DNA of 64,000 nt. It comes from Octopus sinensis. Lineage: Eukaryota. Position 1 is the stretch's first letter. The number at the start of each line of letters is the position of its first letter. The notes below the pieces were generated by a model. The model searched no databases. It was not told the origin of the DNA and saw only the letters and a list, made by a program, of their open reading frames with translations. A program made the translations under genes and the position numbers. Where the stretch lies: contig NC_043019.1 in assembly GCF_006345805.1 (NCBI RefSeq), positions 27,651,360-27,715,359 of the forward strand, in the 5' to 3' direction. Shown piece by piece: positions 12,520-25,370 of this stretch.

Positions 12520-12950
12520 TCATCATCATCATCATCACCATCATCGTTTAACATCTGCTTTCCATGCTAGCATGGGTTGGACGGTTCAACTGGGGTCTGG
12601 GAAGCCAGAAGGCTGCACCAGGCCCAGTCTGATCTGGCAGTGTTTCTACAGCTGGATGCCCTTCCTAACGCCAACCATTCCGTGAGTGTAGTGGGTGCTT
12701 TTTACGTGCCACCGGCACAGGTGCCAGACGAGGCTGGCAAACGGCCATGATTGGATGGTGCTTTTTACATGCCACCGGCACGGAGACCAGATGAATGTGG
12801 CAATGGCCACGGTCGGATGGTGCTTTTTATGTACCACCGGCACGGAAGCCAGTTAGGGCAGTGCTGGCTATGGTCACGTTCGGATGGTTCTCTTACGTGC
12901 CTCTGGCACTGGTATCACAGCTACAAATTCCACTGATGTTGTTATATTAC
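12520..12950 (-). mobile_element. RTE-tail-type element with internal tandem repeats
   Basis: (CAT)n then ctttccatgctagcatgggttggacgg...; repeated ggatggtgctttt.cgtgccaccggcacgg units. Confidence 0.75.
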
Positions 12951-13449
12951 GATTTTGATTTTGATTTTGATTTTCACTTGCCTCAACAGGTCTTCACAAG
13001 TGAAGTTTTGTGTCCCAAGATTTATACTTATACATATTTACATATATTTTTATACATATTTATATTTACGGTGCCCCAGCATGGCCACAGCTCGTGAGCT
13101 GAAACTAGAATCAATCAATCAATCAATCAATCATATATTTTTAATACAACAATTATTTTTCACATGTGTATATCTTTCTGAGGAGTTTTGATATTGATTT
13201 CCTAATATTAATAATAATATATTATTAAAAAATATACATGTATATAATCGCTTGTATTAAATATATAAATACTCTAATAGTATTAATACTTTGATACAAT
13301 TGAGCACTCAATACAAATTCAGTATATAATATTCTCATTGAATATATTTAACTAAAGATTTATGTTTTAAAGTGATCTAAATCATAATTTTCCATCAAAA
13401 TGATATGTTAATTTATGTTCCAGAGACCAGCTTAATAATGATAAAATTA

Positions 13450-13673
13450 CTTTTACTTTTACTTTTACTTTTACTTTTACTTGTTTCAGTCATTTGACTG
13501 CGGCCATGCTGGAGCACCGCCTTTAGTCGAGCAAATCGACCTTGGGACTTATTCTTTGTAAGCCCAGTACTTATTCTATCGGTCTCTTTTTGCCGAACCG
13601 CTAAGTGACGGGGACGTAAACACACTAGCATCGGTTGTCAAGCAATGCTAGAGGGACAAACACAGACACACAA

Positions 13674-13708
<35 letters not shown>

Positions 13709-13880
13709 CATACATACGACAGGCTTCTTTCAGTTTCCGTCTACCAAATCCACTCACAAGGCTTTGGTCGGCCTGAGGCTATAGTAGAAGACATTTGCCC
13801 AAGATGCCACGCAGTGGGACTGAACCCGGAACCATGTAGTTCATAAGCAAGCTACTTACCACACAGCCACTCCTGCGCCT
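13450..13880 (-). mobile_element. tRNA-derived SINE, family A, with (TAAAAG)n tail
   Basis: Head ggcgcaggagtggctgtgtggtaagtagc...gggttcagtcccactgcgtggc; same as the copies at 19530, 33100, 38048, 60845, 62806 and 63862. Confidence 0.85.
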
Positions 13881-14082
13881 ATATTTAAAAATTAATTAAA
13901 GCAAAGGCAGTGTATGTTACCATATTTCAACAGAAATATGGTGGCAAAAAGTTTAATAACATTCCCTTTCAAAAATGTACTATCAAGCATAAAGCAACAA
14001 GCAGATTAACAAACCGGTCAGATGTGAACCTGGCCCCCAAAAAATAAAGGCTGGTGTTTGAAATATTATTGTTTATAATTAC

Positions 14083-14229
14083 CTGTCTCTTCATCTCCTC
14101 CAGTTGATGGCTGATAAGTGATTACTGGGCTTTTATGACGAGTACTGGTCCAATACCATGGACTGGAAGAACTTACATTCTTATAGCCACACTTGAAAGG
14201 GGTACCAAACTTACATTGAACTGATAGAC
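14083..14229 (-). CDS. Exon 18: MAM3 N-terminal half
   Basis: gtctcAG|...|GTAATT, phase 1-1, 147 nt; VQCKFGTPFKCGYKN...PWYW. Confidence 0.88.
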
Positions 14230-14258
14230 CTGAGACAAATACAAAAGACAAATATATA

Positions 14259-14310
<52 letters not shown>

Positions 14311-14370
14311 GTAAAAGCAATTAAGATTCAAGTGTACTGAACAACTAATCCATTCTTGTTGCTTTTTTCT

Positions 14371-14411
<41 letters not shown>

Positions 14412-14599
14412 CGTGTGTGTGTACATGTATGTATGTATGTGTGTGTGTGTGTATATATATAAAATTAAAATGACAATTATTCCTTTGTCATTTTAATTTC
14501 TTATTGTTCTGTACTCAAATGTTGCTTTATTCTGAAGCATATTGAGTTCTAACACCAGGTTATTTGTATTATTATATTTAAGCAAAAATAATGATGATG

Positions 14600-14645
<46 letters not shown>

Positions 14646-14887
14646 CAACAACAACAATGATAATAATAATAATAACAACAATGATAATAATAATCATTAT
14701 CATCGTTTAACATCCGCTTTCCATGCTGGCATGGGTTAGATGGTTTGACTGAGGACTGGTGAGCCAGAGGCTGCACCAGGCTCAATCTGATCTGGCAAGG
14801 TTTTGACAGCTGGTTGCCCTTCCTAACACCGACCACTCTGAGAGTGTAGTGGGTGCTTTTATGCGCCACCGGCATGAGGGCCAGTCA

Positions 14888-15112
14888 GGTGCTCAGGTGC
14901 ACTAGAACTAACAAAAAAAAAAGCCGTCAGGTGTACTGTTGGTGGATTTCAGGAACCATGGAAGTTTTGAAGGATGTAGAGTCTCGACAGCTAACAACTG
15001 ATGCGGGTAGTTTATTTCATGCTTCAGCAATTCTGAGCGTGAAAAGATGTTTCTGAAAGTCACGGGTGCTGTGCTGTTTTTTGATTTTATAAGAATGTCC
15101 ACAAGTGATTGT
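14888..15112 (-). mobile_element. CR1/L2-type LINE 3' fragment
   Basis: Reverse complement of the 27400-27620 segment (ttttcacgctcag..ttgctgaagcatg...gtgcacctgagcac). Confidence 0.7.
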
Positions 15113-15249
15113 CATATGGAATTCAAAAAGGTCGTTGTTGGAAAGATAGTGGATAATCTTGGATAAAAACAAAACCGAACCAAATAAAGATAGTTTGAAT
15201 GTATGAAAGCATTCAAAATACCTTTACTTGGTGTGTGTGCGTGTGCGTG

Positions 15250-15306
<57 letters not shown>

Positions 15307-15330
15307 TATATAAAGACATATAATACATAC

Positions 15331-15438
15331 TACAATATGGTGACTTTTCATCCCTGGAATCACTGCAGTGACTTACTCCATCACAAATTTCTGGCTCATA
15401 TAGACATTTGTTATTCTCAGGACAACGTATAATGCATC
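15331..15438 (-). CDS. Exon 17: LDLa4
   Basis: taacAG|...|GTATGT, phase 1-1, 108 nt; CIIRCPENNKCLYEPEICDGVSHCSDSRDEKSPYC. Confidence 0.92.
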
Positions 15439-15750
15439 CTGTTAAATCAAAGAATGGAATGTTAGTTGTTATTACTGGTATTGTCATGTAGACTTTGGTT
15501 TGAGATTATCATATGCCACATTACCAGTAGTTATGGCCTTGTGGCTAGTAAAAACAGATTTCTATGTTTAATGCCCCATTATGAAAAACAAAAAGCTCAT
15601 TACAAGAGAGAGATTTCAACTGTGTCGACTTGCCAAATAATAGAATGTGAGAAAGTTGCACCAAGGAACATCAACTGAAAATGGTGAATTGTGATAGGAT
15701 ATTGAAAGAATAATCAAAAGATGTAATGAGAAGACAATTTCAGGAAGGCA

Positions 15751-16006
15751 TTGTAAAATGAATGGTGGACTAAAAATTGAGTTGAAGGTTAGTTGGAGGA
15801 TATTAAATGTTAAGTTGTAAAATGATTGATGGAGTAAAGATTGAGTTGATGGTTAACTGAAGGATATTAAATGTTAAATTGTAAAATGATTGATGGATTA
15901 AAGATTGAGTCGATGGTTAAATGAAGAATATTAAATGTTAAGTTGTAAAATGATTGATGGACTAAAAATTGAGTTGATGATTAACTGAAGAATATCAAAT
16001 GGTAAT
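15751..16006. repeat. 64-bp minisatellite x4
   Basis: ttgtaaaatgattgatgg...atattaaatgttaag units start at 15751, 15815, 15879 and 15943. Confidence 0.85.
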
Positions 16007-16306
16007 TTAATCACAAAGTCAGTAAGTTTTCTGAAGGGAGGAGATAGTTAATACTATTGACCCTAGTATTTGACTGGTACCCTATTATATCAATTCTGGA
16101 GGATTTCATAAGATAAAGACATGCTATAGAAGAAATATAAATGATAGACAAAGTTGATGCTGGCAAGATTTGAACTCAAGGCACAGAGCTCGAACAAATG
16201 CCACAAAGCATTTTATTTGATGCTACAATGATTTTGCTGGCTCACTGCCTGGATGATAACAGTGACAACAACAACTACAGTAGCAGCAGCAATAGCAACA
16301 ACAGTA

Positions 16307-16497
16307 GAGGTGCAATGGCCCAGTGGTTAGGGCAGCAGACTCACAGTCATAATAACGTGCTTTCGATTCCCAGACCAGGCATTGTGAGTGTTCATTGAGC
16401 AAAAACACCTAAGCTCCATGAGGCTCCGGCAGGGTGGTGGTGAACCCTGCTGTACTCTTTCACCACAACTTTCTCTCACTCTTTCTTCCTACTTCTG
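16307..16497 (+). mobile_element. SINE family D, 3'-truncated
   Basis: gaggtgcaatggcccagtggttagggcagc head and body match the reverse complement of 42720-42910. Confidence 0.75.
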
Positions 16498-16846
16498 CCA
16501 CAAAGCAGAGGAACCATGGTGTAACTCACTATGGTGTGGTAAACTTTCAGACCCTAGTCTAGGTTGCGAATCCTCTGTACCCCAGGATGGTTCTGCTCTC
16601 CACCCGTTAAAAGCCACTGTTTACAGAATGAGGATAACAATGTAGCTTTCGCACCCGTGCAACTGCCAGTCTATTGTGTGTGGTGGGTGGATTTTCAAGT
16701 TGCCACATGCATTCTTAGTAGCTTAGAATAGGCTCGAATTAGAAATGATTCTTTGTGGCTAATGGCGTAAGTCCTGATTGGAAGAAGAAGAAGACAACAG
16801 TAGCAGTAGCAACAACAACAACAACAGCCAAATACAATTATCTTAC

Positions 16847-17006
16847 TTGTTTTATCAACAATCCAGCCACGCATTGCTAACACATTCACAAATGCAGCTG
16901 CTGTACCATTGGGTGCACTGCAGAGCGGATAACCAAAACTGACCACACCAACCAGTTCAAAGCGGCCGTAACTGTTTCGACAGACCAGTGGTCCTCCACT
17001 GTCACC
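16847..17006 (-). CDS. Exon 16: protease C-terminus with catalytic Ser
   Basis: ttgcAG|...|GTAAGA, phase 0-1, 160 nt; GDSGGPLVC...LVGVVSFGYPLC...AFVNV..MRGWI; ends in a phase-1 donor, not a stop. Confidence 0.96.
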
Positions 17007-17559
17007 CTGCAATGTAAAGAGAAAGATATGGATGATTCGTGGTTGAGTGTAAGAGAAGGATGTAAGAGATATGGGAAACTGAATATTAAAAGAGATGGCA
17101 GAGGTAGTGGAGGTAAAGAAGGATGGAAAAGAGGAAGAACAATAGGAGAGACTTTGGGAAAACTGAGGAAGAGGGAGAGAAAGTAAAAGAGGAGGAGAAA
17201 AATGAAGGAAGCAGAGGTGGAGTAGATTCAGATGAGAAAGAGGAAGAGCAAGAGGAGAGAGTTAGGAAAAAATGAGGAAGAGAGAAAGAAATCAAAAGAG
17301 GAGGAGGACGACGAAAATGAGAAAAGCAAAGATGGAGAAGATTCAGAAGAGAACAAAGAAGGGGAAAAAAACCCCACTAATGAGGTATATTTGTTTATTT
17401 GTGATGATTATTTTCTTTAACAAAAGATTTACTGTAACAAGATTATCATCATGGCCATCATCATCATCATCATCATCATCAGTAATAGAAACAACTACCA
17501 CAACAACTAAATGACATACAAAAATAAAACAAAAATTATAACAACAACAAAGATATAAT

Positions 17560-17990
17560 GAACATGACACTCTGGTATTTATGGCTATCATACCAAGAGT
17601 TGGCCTTCCCTATTTTCTTTTTTGTCCTTTCTATAGTGTTCCATGACTTGTTCCTATAGAGTGGGCAAATCCCATTCCTATCATTACATAATATATTATC
17701 AAATTTCTTCATCGCTCCTTTGTATACTCTGATCCTTTCTTTATGGCTGTAACCTGAAGAACTGCATGCAGTGAATGAAATATTGTATGTGTCTCTTTAA
17801 CTGTGTAGGCTCGCACATGCGTGACACATTTCTCAATATTCTGACGAGGTCTGCCATCAAAATATTGAATTTGGCATTGTCCGCAATGGCTGAGTTCCGG
17901 TGGATCAAGTATTTTGAGGCCATAGGTTTGGCATAGTATGATATAATGACTGTACACTCTTTATCAAAGTAGACTTCGTACATCAGGAAT
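17560..17990 (-). mobile_element. Penelope-like element remnant (RT C-terminal region)
   Basis: YAKPMASKYLIHRNSAIADNAKFNILMADLVRILRNVSR fits the PLE Y.KP...LH..S motif; homologous to 19280-19440. Confidence 0.7.
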
Positions 17991-18118
17991 CATGGTTATA
18001 TATATATACGTATATATATGTGGATTGGACCTGGTCTTGTTCATATTATGGCTGATGTGTAACCACACAACAGAGACCAGAATGACAACAATAATGAGAA
18101 AACATAGCTGGTACTTAC

Positions 18119-18249
18119 ATAACAACTGGGCATGTTGGGATAATTATGTTTGAAACAAATGATGGAAATATTAATTTTGTAGAACTTCTCGCATTCTTTA
18201 TTATCCACTACTGTCACTTTGGCTTCTTGGAGATGGTTTTGGGTAATCA
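18119..18249 (-). CDS. Exon 15: protease (C168-C182 loop, S1 residue 189)
   Basis: ttgcAG|...|GTAAGT, phase 1-0, 131 nt; HLQEAKVTVVDNKECEKFYKINISIICFKHNYPNMPSCY. Confidence 0.94.
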
Positions 18250-18839
18250 CTGCAACATTTATAAATATATAAATGATTATATATATGTGTTATATTTCAG
18301 ATAGTCATTTTTTCTTGCTAATTAAACTCATGCACTATATATTCATTCTTCACTTGTTTATTATTGTTCTTATTTTATGTTCATTGTCTGGAAATCTTTC
18401 ATCACACACCTGTGACCTCTTCAAGAACTCTCCATCCCATGTCTCCTCCTGTTCTGTTTAAGCCACTTTCTCTTTCTATGGTGTGTATCCTTATCTGTCC
18501 ATGTATTTGCATCTGTATCTGTGTGTGTCTACGTGTATATGTGTCTTGTGTGTGTTTTGTTTGTGTATAAAGGGGTTTGCTTACTATACTGTTTGTATCC
18601 ATGCCCTTTATATAGTTTTTTTCATTTAGTCACTTATTCATCTCTCAATTTTTTTCCCCATTTCATCTTAAGTATGTGTATCTTTTGTGTGTGTATATAT
18701 AGATTTATGTATTATACCGTTTGTATCTGTGTCTTTTTTCCTCCCATTTTGAATTTTAATCATCATGTTGACTTGTGTGGTGGTGGTGGGTGTTATTGTT
18801 CCATTTGTGTTTTCAGTTGAAGTTTGGTCAGTCTATTAC

Positions 18840-19438
18840 TATGTGTGTGGCTTCAGTAATCTAAATGCTGTGTCTGTTCTTTGCATTGATAATACCTTAA
18901 TCTCTGTGTTATTAACCAAGCCTCTATGTTCTAATTGAGCATGTTGGTAGAGCATTGACAAGCTTCTCTCCTCTTTGGAGTTCCTGCCAATATTCACCAA
19001 TCTGTTTCCCTATGCTACATGCTGTCGCCCCAATGAAAGTTGTTGTCTTGTTTCTACACCACTCCTCAGTACACTGCATGCTATAGACAACATTCCTAAT
19101 CTTGCAGTTAACCTGTGGGTTCTACATAAATACTGTACAGTTATTCTCCATCCATGGGGACCTATTGAATGGATATGTTCTACAGATCAGGGATTTTAGG
19201 GGGATCCTGGCCTTTCTACAACTTCAAACCATAGGTTTACCATATCTAATGTTTTCCTAAAAAGACATGCTAGTTTGCTGACAGGTGTAGCATCAATGAA
19301 CATGATACTCTGGTATTTTTGGTTGTCAAACCATGATTTGTCCTAATCTATCTTCTTGGTTCCTTTGTACATTCTAATCTTGTTCCATTGGCTGTAGCCA
19401 GAGAACTGCATGTTGCATGTGGTGGATGAAGTGTTGTG

Positions 19439-19440
<2 letters not shown>
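18840..19440 (-). mobile_element. Penelope-like element remnant with GIY-YIG endonuclease
   Basis: NCKIRNVVYSMQCTEEWCRNKTTTFIGATACSIGKQIGEY is a degenerate C..NVVY..C..C...YIG.T; stops downstream. Confidence 0.7.
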
Positions 19441-19469
<29 letters not shown>

Positions 19470-19529
19470 AGAAGAAAATGGAGGGGATCCAGAGGTAGTA
19501 TGCATCAACAGTTAGACATTATATTATAT

Positions 19530-19919
19530 TCTTTTATTTGTTTTAGTCATTTGACTGTCACCATGCTGGAGCACCGCCTTTAGTCGAGCAAATCGACCCC
19601 AGGACTTATTCTTTGTAAGCCTAGTACTTATTCTATCAGCCTCTCTTGCTGAACCGCTAAGTGACGGGGACATAAACACACCACTATCAGTTGTCAAGCG
19701 ATGTTGGGGAGACAAACATAGACACACAAACATATACATAAATATATATATATATATATGACAGGCTTCTTTCAGTTTCCATCTACCAAATCCACTCACA
19801 AAGCTTTGGTCGGCCTGAGGCTATAGTAGAAGACACTTGACCAAGGTACCACACAGTGGGACTGAACCTGGAACCATGTGGTTGGTAAGCAAGCTACTTA
19901 CCACACAGCTGCTCCTGCA
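19530..19919 (-). mobile_element. SINE family A
   Basis: Full-length match to 13478-13880. Confidence 0.85.
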
Positions 19920-20940
19920 TCTATTTATTTATTTTCAACAATTATGAGAATATATATATATATATATATATAAAGATTGTGTTTTAGATATATAAGTGCC
20001 AGTAATTTCTAGAATAGAGAAAGAAGAACAGTTTCTTACAACTGTTTCTGCCAAGAGGTCACAGTACCCCAAATGTTATTTCCATCTTTTCAGTGTACTG
20101 TAGTGATCGGTAGATAAAATTAGGGTACTTGGGTGTGCCTCTAGGCTTCCTCAGAGAATTTAGAAGAGAGTCTAAAACGTTCAGGGGGCTAATTTATGTA
20201 TATATATAGTAGAAACAACTGATACAGAAGATGTATATATACCATATATACTCCGAGTAATAGTCAATCTCATGTAAAAGTCTACCCCCTATTTCTGGCC
20301 AAAAAATTGGGAATTTTCCATAGACCCCATATAAAAGTTGACCCTAGTATTTCATGAACGACAGGACAACATTTAGGGGTCAAGTTACTGTATTTTCCTG
20401 TACATAGAAATAGCACTGTTACAAAATTGTGTGACTACCTTACTGTAGCTTGCTCTGTGGGTGGAATGCTTGGTGCTTATAATGGAATACTCAGTGCTTA
20501 TAGTAAAACACCATTTAATAGTGTAGCAACCATCTGTTGATGGGTGCTACAACACCATTACTAAAATGTATGCTCAGGATATGCTGCATGTCTGCATACA
20601 TCTTCAATTAACACATGTGTCATACACTCGTTTTTTACATGGTGAGAAATGTGTTTCACAGACCGTACTATTGGCGAACACTGGCAAATGCCACTGTCTG
20701 AATTCATACAAAGACATTACTTTGGTAAGCCTAAAAACATTTTTGGTTCTCGTGTGACTTTTTTATTTTACTCATCTTCAAATACAATAAACACTTTTGT
20801 CATACGCTCGTCTGTTTACATGGTGAGAAACATGTTTCACAGACAGCACTACCAGCAAACAACTGCAAACACCACTGTATGAATTCGTACAGAGGCATGA
20901 CTTCGGTAAGCCTAAAAAAATGTTTAGTTAATCGCTAGAT

Positions 20941-21040
20941 CAGTAGTTCCCAAAATTTTTTTTGCCATGGAAGCCTTGAACATTATTTTTAAAAACGTGG
21001 AACCCCTGGGGTTTTGCAGAACACACTTTGGGAATCTCTG
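20941..21040. mobile_element. 100-bp hAT MITE
   Basis: TIR cagtagttcccaaa / tttgggaatctctg; candidate 8-bp TSD cgctagat / ctccagat (6/8). Confidence 0.65.
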
Positions 21041-21234
21041 CTCCAGATAAACAGTATGAAACTGGATATCCTCCCTAACACCAACCACTTTACCATGCGT
21101 GTCATATGTTTTCTTTTGTGCTACTGGCACTATTGAGGTCACCATGCAACTCACAGTTCTACAAAACCAAAGGAACAGAGTGTGTCCTTATGTTAGTTGG
21201 GCGTTAAGGTATGTATGTATGTTTATGTACTTAC

Positions 21235-21497
21235 AGTTTTCGTTTCTGCCCCAGCCACTGAGGTAACAGTCATCATGTTTGGTATAAACCTTTGATGGCA
21301 GGCATGCAGGCTGGATACTGTTAGTAAACTGGATCTCGTCTTCCAGGAACAGCAGGGCTATGTCACTGTAAGGGATACCATCTACAATGACAGAGTTTGG
21401 ATGGTGATGGATGGCCTTCACCTTATATTTGGGAGCACTGGGTAGATTATCTTTGAGTGTTAGACCAACTGCAACCTCATACTGTACGCCTTTTTCA
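21235..21497 (-). CDS. Exon 14: protease with catalytic Asp
   Basis: catttcAG|...|GTAAGT, phase 2-1, 263 nt; HP...YSDIALLFL...IQPACLP...CYLSGWG. Confidence 0.96.
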
Positions 21498-22999
21498 CTG
21501 AAATGTTCAGAAAAGAAAATGATGGAACAGATACATTGAATCAAGGCAAGAAATTTACACCACCACCATCGTTACCATTATCATCCTCATTATGACCATC
21601 ATCATCATTATCATCATTACCACAATGACTAACATCCTCAAAACTGAAGCTGACAAGAAAGCTTGTATAATTTTCATTTATATGCTAATAATAGCAGCCA
21701 AATATTCTTCAAATCGCAACCTACCATCTTAAAAAAAATTAGAGTAAGGACAGCACAATCTTAAATACAGTAACAGTATGTCTGACAACAACAACAACAA
21801 CAACATTAAAGCAAACCAATGACACACATAACACATGCACACACACACACATACATGCACATGCACAAACACGCACACAAATCATGTAGTAAATTGATAA
21901 TCGATTGCTTACAAGATGAGTACGTCAGTTGTTTTCCCAACTGAACTACTGGCTAATTGAGCTATAATAGTACTGGCTGAGTGTTCCACAGACATAGTCC
22001 ACTTCACTATATACACTCTGTAACTAGGATGCACATCCCAGCATATCTTCACCATCTTATCACATTCCTCTCTCCTCTCCTCTCTCTCCCCACTCTCTCC
22101 AGCTGAGGTAGCCATGTATCTCCTTTACTGAAAGATACCTATTTCTGTCCTTCTATTCATACTCTGACCTCTCATTTCTTGATGCAAAGCCACCTCTTTC
22201 AATATTACTACCCACCCCATCAGTTGAAAGGGTTTTATCTTGCAAGTTACTTGGTGACATCACTAATGTTGGTGCCATATAAAGAGCACCTAGTTACACT
22301 CTGTAAAGTGGGTGACATTAAGAAGAGCATCTAGCTATAGAGACCATAGAGACCAGATAATAGAGCTTACCAGCTCCTCTCAAACCATCCAACCCATGCC
22401 AGTATGGAAACAGTTCATTAAATGATGAGGATACTGACGTGTACTCTTAAAGTACACTTCATGCAAAACCAACATGACACAGAAATAGGTTCAATTCACC
22501 CATTGGGATTCCATATAGTTTTCATCTAGACTGTTTTACTCATATGGCTTGGGTTAACTCAGACAATGACAAAAGTCACCTGCCCAGGATGTCAAACTGT
22601 GGAATTGAACCTGAGAATTCAGACTGTGAACAAAACTTTGAACATCATTCACACATATGCTTACATATGCAAACACGCATAAGCACACATACACACATAT
22701 GCACACATGCACACATACACACATACATGCACACACACATGTATGCACCCACTCATGTACACATACATGTATACACATGATCACACATACACTGATACAG
22801 AGCATTGCTTTGTTGTGCAATAAAAGTGCACGATGAAAGTACAAGGGGAATATTACTTGTTTCACATTTAGACTCAAGGCCAATTTTGTGAGATGAGGAG
22901 TTAGTCAATTCTATTGCCCCTACTACTTCACTAGTTCTTTATTTTACAACCTTTCTGATACAGGGTAAGTCGAGTAACTTCCAAAATCCAAGATCTTTC

Positions 23000-24050
23000 T
23001 GAACACCAAGAGCAAATATCCTCTCCAAATGTCAGACTCTGACTTACAGGTTTACGCTTAGAACAGTCACTACTCTTACTCGTTTTCAATAAATTCACTC
23101 AAGAACAGCACCTCCCACTCCAAACACGCTCAAAGGAAACTTTGAAAAAAAATCAGTAAAGACTCTACCAAAAAGGAAAATGTCTGTCTTCTGAACTTTC
23201 AGCCTCAACCACCACACAACATCTTTCATTATGGCCACCATACAGAGGAAAACTGCTTACCCTGACCGGTTAAAGGAGAGTAATTGCTCAGTTGTCACGA
23301 TGGACTTGGCTGATAAGCAGATCCATCCCATGCCTTATAGCGGCTGTTTGATATAACTTCACAAATCAGCAATGCTTGGACAATGAAAAAGTGTGTATAT
23401 GGGATTGATCTGTCATTTTGTATGCATTTCAAACAGGCCAATGTGCAGACACTTCTATGCCCATTGAGTTTATCTTGGACAAGTAACACTTTTTAGTGCT
23501 ACATTGGTTTAAGAAAAATTATCAGTTGCAATTTCTGATCTGAAAGTCCTATAGAACAGACAAGCCAATTTGTTTTCCTTGGTGCCAAGAGTTACCCAAA
23601 AAACGTTGCCACATCTCCCACTACTACTAATCTTCTATAGATTGCCAGAGTGGAACACCCACCAATCCTACTGCTTAACTAATAGCGATGAGTGAGCACT
23701 TGCAAGTATTCTAGATAATCTCAAGCTTTGCATCACTGAGGATTATAGTTCTATCAATGGCATGAGTTGCAAAAGTGCCCACACAAAAAAGGCTTGGATT
23801 ACTCTGCTACCTCCAAGGCATAAAAAGTGTCTTGCCTTGGACTCGCCAGTCTTGCCACTCACATCCACCTTTTGATAAACACGCAAAAAGGGAACACCTC
23901 ACTCTCTACCTGCATCTTTCTCTTCAAGTGGAACTTAAAGAAGCTGATGAGAGTTGGATTTGTCCCACACAAGACAGAAACTGTTTGATACGAGCTGGAT
24001 TCATCCTATACTCAACAGCAGTTGCTCCATATGATACTTCAAATCTCTAG
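23000..24050 (-). mobile_element. Degenerate L1/Tx1-type LINE 3' fragments (apparently two pieces)
   Basis: LLVQDKLNGH..C..C (zinc-knuckle region), VFLCMVAIMKDVVWWLRLK, and a second LISFFKFHLKRKMQVE segment; many stops. Confidence 0.5.
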
Positions 24051-24111
24051 TACACAGCCACTGAATGATAGTGTGCAAGATTGTTTTGTTCCCTGCGCAC
24101 ATGTTATTTCT

Positions 24112-24335
24112 CTACTGTCCACAAGGGGCTACACACAAAGGGGACAAACAAGGACAGACAAACGGATTAAGTTGATTATATTGAGCCGTGTGTAACTGGT
24201 ACTTATTTAATCAACCCTGAAAGGATGGAAGGCAAAGTCGACCTCAGTGGAATTTGAACTTAGAATGGAGCAGCAGATGAAATACTGCTAAGCATTTCGC
24301 CTGGCATGCTAATGTTTCTGCCAGCTTGCCACCTT
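24112..24335 (-). mobile_element. SINE family B
   Basis: Matches 9259-9490. Confidence 0.8.
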
Positions 24336-24516
24336 TCTCTGCACACATCTTGGACTGGTTCAGCTGTTGGCTTTTCCATGCTTGCAGAGCTTATTGTGAA
24401 TAGGTATTGTGCCCCTGTTGTACTAACATATCAAGGACTTTTGGAAGTTATCCACAGTCCCTGACCTGAAAAATTCCTCTAATAATAATGGAATAAAGGA
24501 AAAGTTTTATACTTAC

Positions 24517-24691
24517 ATTACACAGTGTGCTGCAGTGATACACCACCTTGTACTCTTAATTGTCACACCACAGATAAATTTACCATTCCTCAATAGCATA
24601 CCTTGCCAGGGATATTCTGCAAATAGTGCTTGGGCACCAAACTGAACAAACTCGGCGACGGAAGTCATGGATTTAGGTTGTTTACCACACT
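24517..24691 (-). CDS. Exon 13: linker Cys, activation site and protease N-terminus with catalytic His
   Basis: ctacAG|...|GTAAGT, phase 1-2, 175 nt; CGKQPKSMTSVAEFVQFGAQALFAEYPWQGMLLRNGKFICGVTIKSTRWCITAAHCV. Not in the ORF track. Confidence 0.95.
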
Positions 24692-24742
24692 CTGTAGAAG
24701 AAATGTCTTACAATCACATGTATGAATCATACATATATATAT

Positions 24743-24814
<72 letters not shown>

Positions 24815-24966
24815 GATAAGGAGACAAAGAAAATTCTTTAACACATCTTTAATGTAATGATTCATTACAATTGCTTCTGTACCAACTCTAGTTGGTATGC
24901 TAGTTTATGCAAAGATTTGAAGTGAAAATTATCAAAATGTAAATATATATTATATATGTATGTGTG

Positions 24967-25028
<62 letters not shown>

Positions 25029-25311
25029 TATATACAAGACAACATAAAACAGAATGGAGAATTATACCTCTTGAAAATTTATTTATTATAGTATTCATTC
25101 ACATTAAATTCACATTTCATCCATATTAGATTTCAGTTTTATATGCTCCCTTTCTTTCATTTGATTTGGTTAGCCAGAACCCAGATTATATCACAGCACT
25201 AATAGGATACTCGCCCAGATTCCAAATCCCTATTCTTTTACATTACACACATATATACTTATACACACCTGCGTATGCGTGTGCGCAAACACACACACAA
25301 AAACACACACA

Positions 25312-25370
<59 letters not shown>

